The notes under the pieces: model-generated | What the model was told of the DNA's origin: nothing | What the model saw: the letters and a program-made list of their open reading frames with translations, nothing else | Database searches by the model: none | Part shown: positions 28,315-41,328 of the stretch, piece by piece | How the letters are laid out: each line of letters starts with the position of its first letter | Numbering within the stretch: the first letter of the stretch is position 1 | Assembly (NCBI RefSeq): GCF_000181795.1 | Contig: NW_003526943.1 | Coordinates: forward strand, 3,216,707 to 3,277,717 | DNA from: Trichinella spiralis | Lineage: Eukaryota | Reading direction: 5' to 3' | DNA: 61,011 nucleotides | Made by a program: the position numbers and the translations under genes

Positions 28315-28380
28315 ATCTATGAAAAAAGTCTATGAAAGTCTAAAAGTCTTAAGTTTCTATGAAAGTTTAGTCTATGAAAA
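28315..28380 (+). repeat. Short degenerate tandem repeat (agtctatgaaa-like)
   Basis: Several copies of ctatgaaa / agtct units. Confidence 0.6.
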
Positions 28381-28513
28381 AAACAAAATTATATTTATTT
28401 ATTTTTATTTATTTATAATATATAAAATGGCCACTTAATGCATGTATTTCCAAAGTTTATTTTGAAAAACATTACATTCACGAAGATTTTTAATATGAAT
28501 AAAAATCATATCA

Positions 28514-31500
28514 CTAAATCAGTACAACTGGAAGGTGGCTGTTAGGGATCACTTGCAAATTGCTTTCTAAGTTTTCTGATCTTTCAGGCTGATTGTCAAC
28601 ATTAAGTTTGCACAAATTGTTTGAATTAAATAAAGAATTTTTATTATTAATATTACTATCTTCTAATCTTTTAAAATTTGTAATATTTTTAAATTCAGAA
28701 ATGTGTCTTTCTGATTTCATACAAATTAACCACAGAAACCTTAATAACGAAGTAATAAGTCCAGTGATCATGACGATAATAATGCCAAGCATTGCTGATA
28801 CTGGGATACCAGATTTCTCACTGCGACCACGACAACTGCTTTTATTGTTGCTATCAGACCACCACTTTTTAAGCAATGCTTCCCATTGTTGTTCATGCGT
28901 CAATTTTACCAGTCTATAATAGAATAATATATCTTTTAGAAAAATAAATTCTGACTGAATTTTTACATGCTTTTTAATTATTTTATTTTCTTCGAAATGC
29001 TCTAGCTATGTAATTTTTACAAAAATAGATAATCAAAAAAGTGTTTGATTGTGAACATTATCAATGAAGTTAAAATTCAAAAAAATCCGATATACTCAGC
29101 ACTCATTTCTAAACCTAAAGGAGATCCCTGCTGAACACCAATAGCATATAATCGAGCATCTAAATTTGTGTATATAAGACGAAGTGGACAATGATGTATA
29201 AATTCATATTCCATTGACATACGCATATCTAAAAAACAAACAACTATTTATTTAGTCTCATTAAGCTGCTTTTTTACATACCTAATAATGCAAAGCGATC
29301 TTCAGGAGAGTTTAATTTAAGCACTCGTTGCAGACCCTCAGTAAAACTGCTTGGTTGGTGAGCATTCTGCATTTCATGAAGCATTTTTGAAAATTTGTAT
29401 TTAATGTCATAATCCCATAGTGCCATATTAACTCTCTGTTCTGCGGTCAAGTTTGGACTTTGAATATCTTTTTTCCAAGTTCTTCAACAAAAGTTAAATA
29501 ATCACTTTTTAAATGGTTATCTATTTTTATGAACGAAGATTAACAAAATCTTCTAGGATGTATTTTTTTATAACTTGAACCAAAAAATAGCTAATATAAA
29601 TTCATTGATTAGAAATCTGCAATTATATTTTCATCATTTTTAAAACATAATAATTATTACAATATTACTCAAACTTCCAATAAAATTATAATTATAATTC
29701 AGAAAAGTTAATGAATAAAATTGAATAAATAATTTGCAATTTTACTTTTCAAACAGATCTTCTATTTCAACCATTCTTTTGATGAACAAATCGGCATCTG
29801 AATTGAGAACAGTCGCATACGGTGTGTGCCGCTGGTCTACGAGATCATCCAATGATGAAATTAAATTTTCTTCACTTGATTTTGACATCAGAGCCGATAT
29901 GTATGCAGTATAAGCAGAAAATATCATAAAGCAGAATATCCACCAAGTAGTTGCGAGAATTCGGCCACTGTCATGCTCAGGTGTCCAGTTGCTTCCTACA
30001 TTTCAAATACAGCATAATTTTTGCTTTAAAAGCTTCATAATTAATTCTAAATTAATAAGTGATTCTGACCAAAGTAAAAGAAATATACAATTATTATTAA
30101 ATTTTTAAAGTTGACAGTGATAAAAACACACATGAGTAAAAAATACATTTTAGACGAGATAAAAATTTAATGTTAAGCATTACTAGATAATTTTATTTAA
30201 AAAATTACTTTGTCAAAATTTCTCATTTACCTTGTACAGTAAAACCTTCCAAACAAAACCAAAAGCCTTCGCTAAAGGGAAATCTGGTTCGCTTTTTGTC
30301 ATTGTCGTATTTAATGTGATCAGTTTCACAGTCGTGAGAATGAACATTTTCAAAAAGCGTCAGTAAAGCGCTGGCAATTAAAACCGTAAAAACAAGGCAA
30401 AGCCAAACTGACCAATCCATTAATGAAACAAACGCAAACAAGCTGTGCTTGCATTCCGGCTTCTGCATTAAAATTGTAATTCCTTTGGATTTATATAAAG
30501 GATAAGTGAAATCTATAAAAAGTTCTCTTTCTGTTGAAGTTGCAAAATTTGCCAAGGCAATATTTGCGTCCTGAAAATTACTTTTACCAAATCAACATCA
30601 ATGTATTGAAAATAAAGATTCATCATTAATGCAAATCAGAAAACTTACTCCTTCGACCAGTTCATTAGTTAAGCCGTTCCAACGCCCAACATTATTCTGA
30701 ACGCCATATTTATCATTTTTTAAAATATAAATATCATATGTAAAGTTTAATCGTTCTGCAATTATTCCCATAATTTCCACAAGAAAGCCACAAAGAAACC
30801 ATTTACTTGTATTCGGTTCATAGCACATTTTTACAAAAGGTACTTCCTATTGGTTTAATTAATTAATTAATTAATTACTTTTTCAATACTGTATCGCCAG
30901 TAAATTTTCTTACTTCAACTGTAGCAATTCTGTAATGTCGAGCATTTACAATTGCATCAGAAAGACCAGTTTTATAAAATATATCTATACCACTATTTAG
31001 TTTCCACTTAGCAATCTAAAATGTGAACTAGCAGCAAAATGTAGCACTGAACAATTTGTTTAAGCTCACATAATAAATTTCTCTGCCTTTTAAATTTGAA
31101 AATATCCAATAAAATCCCATTTCCACATTTTGGATGAATGTAATATTATTGATGGTGCTGTATTTTCCCATAACAGGAGTCAACTCATTCTAAATTGCTA
31201 AATAATTTAATGAAGTATATAATGAAGGTTTTAGAATTAAAAACAAAGTGCGACTTTTTTAATAATTTAAAAATCAAATTTAAAAAATATATCATTCAAT
31301 GAAAGCAGGTATACTGGGAAATTTAATGCAAATCAATACTTTTTGTATTTTATGTTTTACATTATCAAATAAAGAAAATTCATGAATAAGAGTTTTAAGA
31401 TTCACCTTGTTGAAGTGAAAATTTAAAGAAGATTTCGATAAAGGTGAGACTATCAGTTGATATATATCGAAAAAGAATGATAGCATAACCTAAATTAAAA

Positions 31501-33769
31501 AAGTCTTATTTTGAAAATTCAACTAGAGCCATTGCTTGCTTCGTTTCCAAGTTGAATGAAATCATCGTCAAACTTTTTCTCATTTGCCCAATAAATAAAC
31601 TTGTCCAAGTAATCAAAAGTTCCAATGTTGCGGGGACGTATCCAGAGAACATTCAAATTGTCATCTTCCCACGTGTAAGGTTTCATATCCTAATTCCATA
31701 AGAAATTAGTCATAAATATTTTTATTTTTCTAAAATCTTAAACTGAAAATTAAGTTTCGCTACAAAAAATTCATTTCAACTTCAAAAAATATTTTTTTAG
31801 ATTATTTTTTATTTTTTAAAATTATTTTTTGCAGTTTAATCAGATCAGTTTTGGCTATTGAAAAGGTAGGCTAACTGACTTGCCTGCTGCAGTTGATATT
31901 AAATCAACTCATAATAAATTGAACAGATAAAGCAATGCAAACACTGCATGCACGGTAATTGATTGAGATAAAATCAAATGAACAAAGCTTGTCTTGTAGA
32001 AAAAAAAGCAAGAAAGATTAGTTTAATCAGCTAGCATTACTATGCGCTTCATATTCTCCGTTAATGAAGCGTGCAAATGATTCATATTTTTGTGCAGTTG
32101 TATAGTATGTTTTATAAATAATATAAGCAATCTTACTTTTGTAACTACAATCCACTGTGTATTGTTATCTGTAGTGCAGAATGAAAAGTTTTTTAAAATC
32201 TCTCTTGCCATATTTGCCATCGTCATCAAAACAACAGTATGCGGAGTTTTTGCTTTTGTGCATTTTTCCAATATACGCCGAACTTCCAAAAAATCATTCA
32301 TATTTAAGAAATTTACATTTACATGCTTTTCTTGAAACAGAACTTTGAGATCATCTATATAAACTACAAAAATTTACAGTAGAAATCATGGTGTTTTTAA
32401 TATAAAAATGGAAATACCATGATTATTATCATAAATGAGTGTAAAGTTAATTAGATGCTTGTAATATACAAGGGGTCGAAACACATTCAACATTGCGATC
32501 CATGGTGGAATAACTTGAATAAAGTTGTTCGATATTTTCGATAGTTCTAAATAAAAACAAAATAAATAAGTAATGCATACATAGCTATAATTAAATAATT
32601 GAAATTTTGAACAAACAGTACTGAAATGTAATTTTTTAACATTCAATAAATTTACGATGCAAAAAATTAAAAAAAGCTTATTTGAAAATACTTACATGCT
32701 AGCAAGCTAATCAAATTACAGAATAAATTGTCTATTATATGCATTATACATAATATAAGACAAATCAACAGATACATGGCATAAACAAAAAAGCAAGAAC
32801 ATGGAAAATAATATTAAATTTAAAAAATTATAAAATTTTGTCGCATTTCGTGTGCAATATTATTTTTAAACTTACCCCTGCTGTCTTGTAACCAATCTGA
32901 CATTGTTTTCTGAACGTAAATTAAACTGACATTTTTCTGCAAAGCAAGTGCTTTCAGTATTTTCTCAGTAGCAGTTACGGAAATCATACTGATAACAAAA
33001 TCCAAATTTCTTTCGCTACCTTCTGTTTCTGAGAAATAATTTCATTTTGTTATTAATAATTTCAAAGATATTTAATGCAGTATCGAACAAAATTTACATA
33101 AAAATTATAATGAAAAACAAAACTTTTGTGAACTTTAAAATTTTCCATTCATAAAATAAATGCAAACTGCAAAGCTTTGCAAATCTTGAATCAAACTGCT
33201 TACTTATTGAAAACACTAATAAGGATGCAGTGGTTGAAATTAGTTCAACCGAAATATTAGCAGCCTGGTTGTTGTAATATGACAAAAATTGGAAAAGACG
33301 CGTGATATGCTTATTTTGTTCATTGTTTTCCATCAGCACAGCTGAAATTTAAATATTAAATTTATTGGAGCAATTATATTTAAATTATTCAAGTAAAAAC
33401 AATATTACTTTTTGAAATTACAAAAAAAACAAATTGCTTTCATGATATTGAAAATATCTTCAGCATGATTTGTCGCATTATTAAATTATAAATTATATTT
33501 GTATTTGTAATTTGTTCTTTGCAATTATAGAACAAGGTCTAAAATATACTTTTAAATAACAGTATAAAAATTTTGGAATTTTTAAGAAAAGTTTATCTAT
33601 ATATTTTTCATTATAATTTAACTTGATAACTTTTGAAAAACGAACTATGTTTTATAATATAAAGGTTTATAAACATACCCATTTTAACATGACTGTTGTC
33701 ACTATGTATAGCATGCAATTCTAATAAAGTTATGCATAATATGAAATGGTACGATTTCCAAGTTAACAT
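28514..33769 (-). CDS. Ionotropic receptor, IR25a/IR8a/GLR-7-like, paralogue 2
   Basis: About 14 exons, with introns largely matching paralogue 1 in the channel region. Signal exon 33769-33679 (MLTWKSYHFILCITLL...). Motifs WNGLTNEL, TERELFIDFTYPLY, FWFCLEGFTVQG, SGRILATTWW, SAYTAYISAL, ALWDYDIKYKF, YAIGVQQGSPL, LLKKWW. Confidence 0.86.
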
Positions 33770-34706
33770 TAGTGTAACAAGAGTTGAAGAAATTTTATGA
33801 GGAAATTAAAATTTTACTTTCGGTATTTATAACTTTAAATCTGAATGCATTACATAAAGTGAAATGAAGTTTGCTTTACATTTGAATTGTGTATTGTAAT
33901 TTTTCTACTTTTCTATTCATTATTGATATTGTTGCCTTGGTTTGTTCGTTGAATATTCACAATTTTCAAGATCAATTGTGTAAAATACAATTTTCTAAAG
34001 GCAGTCAAGTCAAAGAAAATTAAAAATTAACACATATTTTAAAAAATTAACAATTTCCTTGATTTTTATTGTCATACTGATCATTTTTCATGTGCAAAAG
34101 AATTTTATTTTAGAAAGATACAGTCTTTTGTAATATTGCAAAGCTTTTTATTTAAATATTATTTACTAATTTCACACTAATTTATCTTTTTGGTTTTTGT
34201 TTAAAATTTAAATAAATTGATTAAATACACACTTGTTCATTTTTGCATTGATTTAACTGTTCAAGAAGAATTTGAATCCTTTGAAATTTAATCATAGACT
34301 GTATAACACTGTTGGATGATAATTAAAATTTTTTAATTTTAATAATATTTGGAATGTTCAAAAAGTATCCAAAATTGAAATAAAATTTGCAGTGTAAATT
34401 CAGAAAGTGAAAAATAATCAATAAGTTTATTTTATTAATAATTAGGTTAATAAAAATTAGCAATTTAATCTCTTATTGTACAGTTTAGTTGCATTTCATC
34501 AAAAAATCTCACCAAACTTAACTGATAACTTTTGTGCACAGTTTTGAAAAGCTGTCTATGCTTATCAAAAAATTTTGAAATATGGCAATGCCTAGATACA
34601 TATTCTTGCTTTTGTCAGTAAAGACATTTCTGACAATTCACTATTCATTTCTTTACAGCATAACATAAAAATTAAAATTCAACTGCTATTTTCAAATTAA
34701 AATTAG

Positions 34707-35775
34707 TTAGAAATTTGCATTCAACTTTTCAAGATAAAATTCTTCAATCCATTCAAATGATACAGCCTTTTTGGCACATGATTTATGCCGCTTCATTGCT
34801 TTCAATGCGACAGCAGAATTTTCACTGTAAAATGTTTCGATTCCATTTTGATTCACATCATTTAATAAAAAACTACCTAATATGACATGAAAAATAATTA
34901 TTATTCATAAGTAGTATAATATATTATTATTATTATTATGCTCACTTTCACTAGTAAAAGTTTCCATTTCTTGTTTCGCTCGATGAAGCATGATTTCACG
35001 TCGCTGATAAGCTTTCAAACTTGCCGCTTTTTCTTTCAAATGTTTTTCAAATGCTTGCATAGCTTGGAAATGCAGTTTTCTGACGTCAGAAATGCACATA
35101 TTCGATTTCTAAATATTCTTCTTATTAAAACAATATACAAGAAATGAAATACGGAAAAAAATATTTTTTATGCCATCATGGATACAAATAATTTTTTACT
35201 TACACCTCCATCAGATAGTGTTAAATCAATTTTTTCTTGAAGCTTCGCTAAATTACACTCATTACTTTGTGGCCAATCATTTAAAGTGACGCATTTTTTC
35301 TTCAATTTAATCCAATGCCGAATCTAAAGTTCGTAAACGTTTATTAAATAAGAAATAAAATTAATATATTCTCTTAAAAAATATCTGGATATTATTCTAA
35401 AGCTTATGGTAAAAAAAATTTTAATTTTTGAGATCAGCTATTTAAAATGTTGAATTTCAGTTAACAGAAAAAGAAAAACAAACATTTCGTTGAATAACTG
35501 CGGCGGCTTTTTCACATTTTTCTTTTGCTGCTTTGTCAGTCATGAAGGTTTTGAATTTTGATTGAATAACTTTAGCCGATCGATTTTGCACATTGAAAAC
35601 AAGCTTCAGTAACAATTCTAAATTATGCAAATAATTACTTTTTTAAATATGAAATATGCTTGTAAAATAAAATACCAGAAGGGAAATTCTCAAATTCAGC
35701 AAAGTGCTTTTTCCAATAATAATGATCATTCATGTAATTTTTAATATCTGTCGAATTATTTATAAAACTTTCCAT
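34707..35775 (-). CDS. Short IQ-motif protein resembling the C-terminal part of IQCB1/NPHP5
   Basis: Exons 35775-35676, 35617-35484, 35323-35204, 35108-34946 and 34876-34707, all phase-consistent, about 230 aa. Two IQ motifs (SAKVIQSKFK, AAAVIQRNIRHW), followed by KLHFQA...AYQRREIML...FYSENSAVALKAMKRH. The terminal few codons could come from an extra small exon near 34640. Confidence 0.68.
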
Positions 35776-36219
35776 TGCAATGCTTCATATATTTTCTGAA
35801 CTAAACAATTTTCAGATTGAAACTTTTATATAATTATAATAATATGTTATTAATAAGAGTTCTTGTTGATAAAATGCCATAAATTATTAAAATATTATTT
35901 TAAATTAAAACACATTTAAAAACATAGTAAGCAGAAATTTTGTTTCACGGAAATTTAAAAATATCTACTACACAAAAAAATGTTTATAAATTTGCTTGAT
36001 AACACTTATTTGTATCATTTCATTAAACTGAAAATTTAAGAATAAAATCTTAAATAAAAATGTAATTACGTTAAAAAAGTATTTACTGTAATAACAAGCT
36101 AAACACAACACTAATTTTTTCACATTAATTTCTTTATGAAAACTGTATTTTATAATACAAGTTAGATTCGATTCTTACCACAAGAACTTCAGTTGTTAAA
36201 CAGACAATAACTAAAACTG

Positions 36220-36233
36220 GTTGTCACGGCAAC
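36220..36233. promoter_or_regulatory. RFX/DAF-19 X-box
   Basis: GTTGTCACGGCAAC (reverse complement GTTGCCGTGACAAC) matches GTTGCCATGGCAAC at 12/14. It lies just upstream of a minus-strand donor (gtaag, 36174-36178) that may end a 5' UTR exon of the IQCB1-like gene. Confidence 0.65.
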
Positions 36234-36994
36234 ATATGACATGGCATAATTAGGTTTTGCAATGCCAGTAAATTACGTAAAAAAAATTTTTTAAATTACT
36301 TCGCAAGATATTTGTATTTATATAACAGTTGGAATATAATTTAATGACATTCAATGATTAATAAACGGCAATTAACAATAAAATCATCTTTTCTGAATTG
36401 TTTATTGAATAATTGCGTAGCTTCCTTAATTATATAACATTTACTAAAAACCTTAATCGAATAAGAGGCTAATGCTTTGAATCATCTGTCTTTAAACATA
36501 TATTTTTCAAAATAGTACTTAAATAATAACGTTAACAAATACAGTAAAGCTAAATTACACATCACAGAACCTATTACAGGTACACTACACATGCTACTTA
36601 TTACATGATATGAAAGTTCAAATGCAACAAATTGATATTTTAACAAATTTGAATTTATAATAATATTTAAATAATTATTTCATTTCATATTTCAGTAAAT
36701 TCGTTGCCTGAATTGATAAATTAATAAATTTCCTAAACTGAAATAGATTAGTTTAAAATTTTCAAATTAAAAATAAAAAAAATTACCCAACTTTTAGTTT
36801 ACCTATACTATAAAGTTTATATTTACATGATTAAAAAATAAAATGATATTAAAGAGACTATAAAGTCAAATAAGCAGCAAAATCAAATAAATAACCTTTC
36901 TGAAAATTTACAGTAACAGCGTTTTTACTTGCTCATTTATATGTCTTGATACTGTAGCAGACATAACGTCATTCTCTCATTTTCTTCGCGTAGA

Positions 36995-37665
36995 ATGCCA
37001 CGTAGAAGTTCAGCTCGTCCGAGGTATGTTGGCTAATAAAAAATAACGCTTAATTTTCTGAAGCCTCTATATGATTATTTTTTAATCATGAACCGAAATT
37101 CTGTATTAACATTGTCGTGTTAAAAATGCTTCTCAGTATAATTTAGCGGTCGAACTTTCTTTATAGACCTACTCCAGCTAGAGCGCCGGCGCACCGTCCT
37201 GCGCCTGCGCCTGCGCCAGCTCCTGCGCAACCGGTCACCGTTCCTGTGTCACCAGGTTCCGGGATTTTTGGTCAGATGGCTTCCACAGCCGCTGGAGTTG
37301 CTGTGGGTTCTGCAGTGGTAAGAGTTGTATTCCCTAATGATTATATTATTTGTAAAATATTAAGAAGTTTTGCTTCTGTTCAGTTTATTTTTTGAATTAG
37401 TCGCATCTATGAAATATCTTTTTTAATTTAATACTTTAATACCTTTTATTTTTATTAGGGACATGCATTGGGCAACTCGCTGACGAACGGCAGTTCGGAA
37501 GTCCCTGTTCAGCAACCTGTTTCAGCTCTGAATCAGCAGCCACTACAGAAACCCTGTGAATTTGAAATGATCCAGTTTTTAGAATGTGCGAAAAACAATG
37601 ATTTGAATCTGTGTGAAGGTTTTAATCAGATTCTGAAAGAATGTCGATCACGTTACAACCTTTGA
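36995..37665 (+). CDS. CHCHD2/CHCHD10 (har-1-like) mitochondrial CHCH protein
   Basis: Exons 36995-37023, 37167-37317, 37459-37665. MPRRSS..., GIFGQMASTAAGVAVGSAVGHALG, twin CX9C (CEFEMIQFLEC...CEGFNQILKEC). Confidence 0.95.
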
Positions 37666-38600
37666 ATATGCATCATTTTTGAACTTAGTAGTTTAAAAAA
37701 ATTAATGTAACTGCTTATTTTCAAAATTAGAAGCTGCGTGCTTGATTTCGCACTAATTTGATGCATAAAAAGAGGTTGTTAATTGTGTTTGCGTCAGAAA
37801 TAAATGGACATGCATTAGTTTTTATGATTGTCATTTATTTTCAAAATACATGAAAAGAAAGAATTTGTGTACTGTGAGTAATGCATAGAAAAATCATATT
37901 TCGGAAACATGAGTTTAAAAACAGCATATATATCGATCCTGTGAAATGTGGGCAAGCAATATGTGTGTATTAGAAATGAATAACACGTGTAATTAATTGT
38001 TCGAAGAGATTTCAATTTCATAAACTAATATAGGTTTAGCATCTTAAACGTGAATTTGGTAAAGGCGCTCTGATTCATTGCCGTCAGGTAAGTTTTAAGT
38101 GAATCAAAGCAATTTAGTAGTTAATATAATAAATGTAGTATTAACATTCTTTCCGTTACAAAATGTACTCAAGTGGACTGTTGTATTTGGACTTGATTTC
38201 TTTTAAGCATACTGTGTTTGTGAAGGAAATAATTGAAATGCTAATCAAAAACGATTAAATTGTAAACAAAACATTTTTAGTTTTCTCACGATGTTGCTTA
38301 AAAAATAAAATACAGGTTTAGCATCAGCAGAATGACAAATCATATATGAGCTTGCATTTCGTTTTCATTGCGCTATCAGTTTTTGAAATTTCTCCTATTA
38401 CCTTTAACACAATTCACTATCAAATGAACTATGTGTATACGAAAACATGCATTTTGTATAACTGAATATAACACATTTTCCCATCATTTTTATTGATTCA
38501 TCATTAAGATGGAACATAAAAGAATAGTAATCTGAATAAAACAAGATACAGGAAAGATGACAACCTTTTATAAGCAAGAACTTCACTCGCATATAAGCAG

Positions 38601-39851
38601 TTACTGGGGATGACAACCAACAGTTGGATGATGATGATGATGAGCATCTTCTTGATCACTTGCTTCATCAGCTTCAACGTGTTCACGCTCAAATGCCGAC
38701 ATTGTTACTACTTCTGCGTCCTCAGGCACAATTACGCTTTCTTTTGGAGGAAGTAATTTTTCCAATTTCTCAATTTTCTCCGGTAACAGACTACCTGGTT
38801 CTGGAAATTTTACATCAAACATGATGATCAAATTACCTTTCTCAGTTGGATTCTTGTAATGCGGAAGACCTTCTTGTTCAATACATCTTAAATCACTCTG
38901 CTTTATCACTTCACCAGGCAGAGTATGAATATATAGTTTTCGATTGTCAAGCGTTGTAATTATCCTTGACATTCCACAAAGTGCTTCACTCAATAAAATC
39001 TCAATTGTCATAGAAAGATGAACATCACTTTTCCTTTGAAATATAGGATGCTTCTGTTCATCTATTATTATAATCACATTTCCTGGTTTCATTCCAGGAG
39101 ACTGATTTCCTTCGCCGTAGAATATTATCTTTTTTCCATCAGGTACCCCTTTATCAACATGAACTTCTATTATTTTCTTCTGTCTGATAACTTTCTGAGC
39201 GTTACACTCTTTGCAGCGATCTTTCGGAGCAATGATCTAAACAGAAATAATGAAATAACTCGACAAAAACAAATAATTTCCTACCTCGCCATTGCCACGA
39301 CACTCACTACAGACACTCTGCACTTGCTGAACAATGCCTGGCCCAAGGTAACTCATTTTAACTTGATATCCACTGCCATTACATGTAGAACAGACGTTGA
39401 GAACACCACCTTCGCGGGTACCACGCCCTTCACATTTAGTACAAACTACATTCCTAGTAACTGAGAATTTCCGCACACTACCATTATAAATTTCCTCTAA
39501 AGTAACTGGCATCTGGTGAATAGTATCGTCACACTGATTTTCCTGCGACCGATGACGACTACTAGATCGTCCAAAAAACATGTCAAAAATGTCCATCGGT
39601 GAGGAATAACCGAAGCCAGAACTGCCACCAGTTTTCAAAGCTTCTTCCCCACCTTCGTCATAAATTCTCCTCTTTTCTGGATCCGTAAGCACTTCATATG
39701 CTTGTGAGATCAATTTGAATTTCTCACCTTCGGCAGGATTTTTATCAGGATGATACTTGAGAGCCAATTTTCTATACGCCTTTTTCAATTCCGCCTCAGT
39801 ACAACCGGGCTTCACTTCCAGTATGTCGTAAAATTTTGTATCTTTAACCAT
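38601..39851 (-). CDS. DNAJA1: DnaJ subfamily A (type I Hsp40) co-chaperone
   Basis: Exons 39851-39285 and 39236-38601. J domain with HPD, G/F region, CxxCxGxG repeats, and C-terminal CaaX CHPQ. Confidence 0.95.
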
Positions 39852-40139
39852 TGTGAGTTGAAGTTCTCTGTGCCTAAATAAAAAAACATTTCAAATTCAA
39901 ACCTGTGAAAAAAAAGATGCTCGAAACTTTCGCTCTAAGTAGTGTATCAGTCAGCGTTGAAAAATGAAAGGTAGAGAAGCTCCCAAATACTTGAGAGAAT
40001 AACGAAGAATCACAGAAAATGTAATGTATCACTTTCTTATGTTCAACAGTGAACAGATGGGCGAATGAATATTTTCTCAAAGCTACCACTCGGTGAAAGA
40101 TAGTAAGAAATAAATGGCACAAAGGTAAAACCAATCTAT

Positions 40140-40159
40140 AGAACTTTCTAGAAGGTTAT
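40140..40159. promoter_or_regulatory. Heat-shock element
   Basis: aGAActTTCtaGAAggTTat: three perfect alternating nGAAn units plus one imperfect unit, about 290 bp upstream of the DnaJ ATG. Confidence 0.75.
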
Positions 40160-41328
40160 AGATGTTTACTGTAGTAATATGATGTACTATCATATGACTG
40201 AAAAAGTTTTAGATATTATTTTAGAAAATTTTATTGAAATAAATGTTTAATATCGTATAAAATTATCAGAGGTATTATTGATAATTGCTAAAAAATGTTG
40301 CGTGGATGTCATATTTGTACATACAATAAAACTCTCATAATATTAGGAATGTTAGGTTTTCATATATTTAATTAAATATCTCGTGCTATAATGTTATGCA
40401 TGTTGAATCTGAGCAATATGTATGCATAGACATAAAATGTTTTTGCTGCCTGAGTTTTATAGATGATAATTAATGCTATGTAAATTATGAAATAATTAAT
40501 GTTAAAAATATCATTAAATATATTGAAATTAATTGCCATTTATTTTATAAATTATTATTTTTACATATTATTAATTTTAGAATTTATTATTTTTAACAAT
40601 AATCTTTGAATCCGCATTGAGGAAGTTCTTAATTACGGTAATGCTCAAGTTTTATAAGCAAAAATGAATTAAAATTATATTTATTGAAGCTCATCAATTT
40701 GTTAGCAAAAAAGATATCTAAAAGTGAATTTTTTCATTTTTATTTAAAAAAATACATACATTGCAGAATATGTTGTCATTCTTTACTGATTATCAGCATA
40801 ATACTGTAGTTAATAATTTAAACATTTTATTTCATTATAAAAGCAAAAGTATTTCAAGGTATTTTTTTACTAAAGCAGTATGTATGTTTTTTAACAAATT
40901 GATTTCAATAATATTTTGTATTATAAATAACATATTTTTTCGCACTGAATCGTTACGTACAGAATGTTGTATTGCTTGCCCATTCAAAGGGTATAATATC
41001 GGTAAATTTTTGCCGTATTGATCAAGTAGAATTATTTTATAAATAACAGCATGCCAAACATATGTAAGTAATGTAAGTGCGTGTTAAATCTTGATATAAA
41101 AGTGGAAATGTGATGCAGGTACATTCTTGAGTGAATTAGAAGTGTATTGATTTTAATTGTGAAAATAATCAATGATAAAAAGTAATTGACGGCTTATTTT
41201 ATTGCACAGATGTAATTGAGTAGAAGCACTGATTATTTTAAAGAAATACTTGAAAATGAAATGCAACTTGTAAGTCAAATGGAATGATAAAAGCAACGTG
41301 TCAATGTAGCTTTTTAATGCTGTAAACA

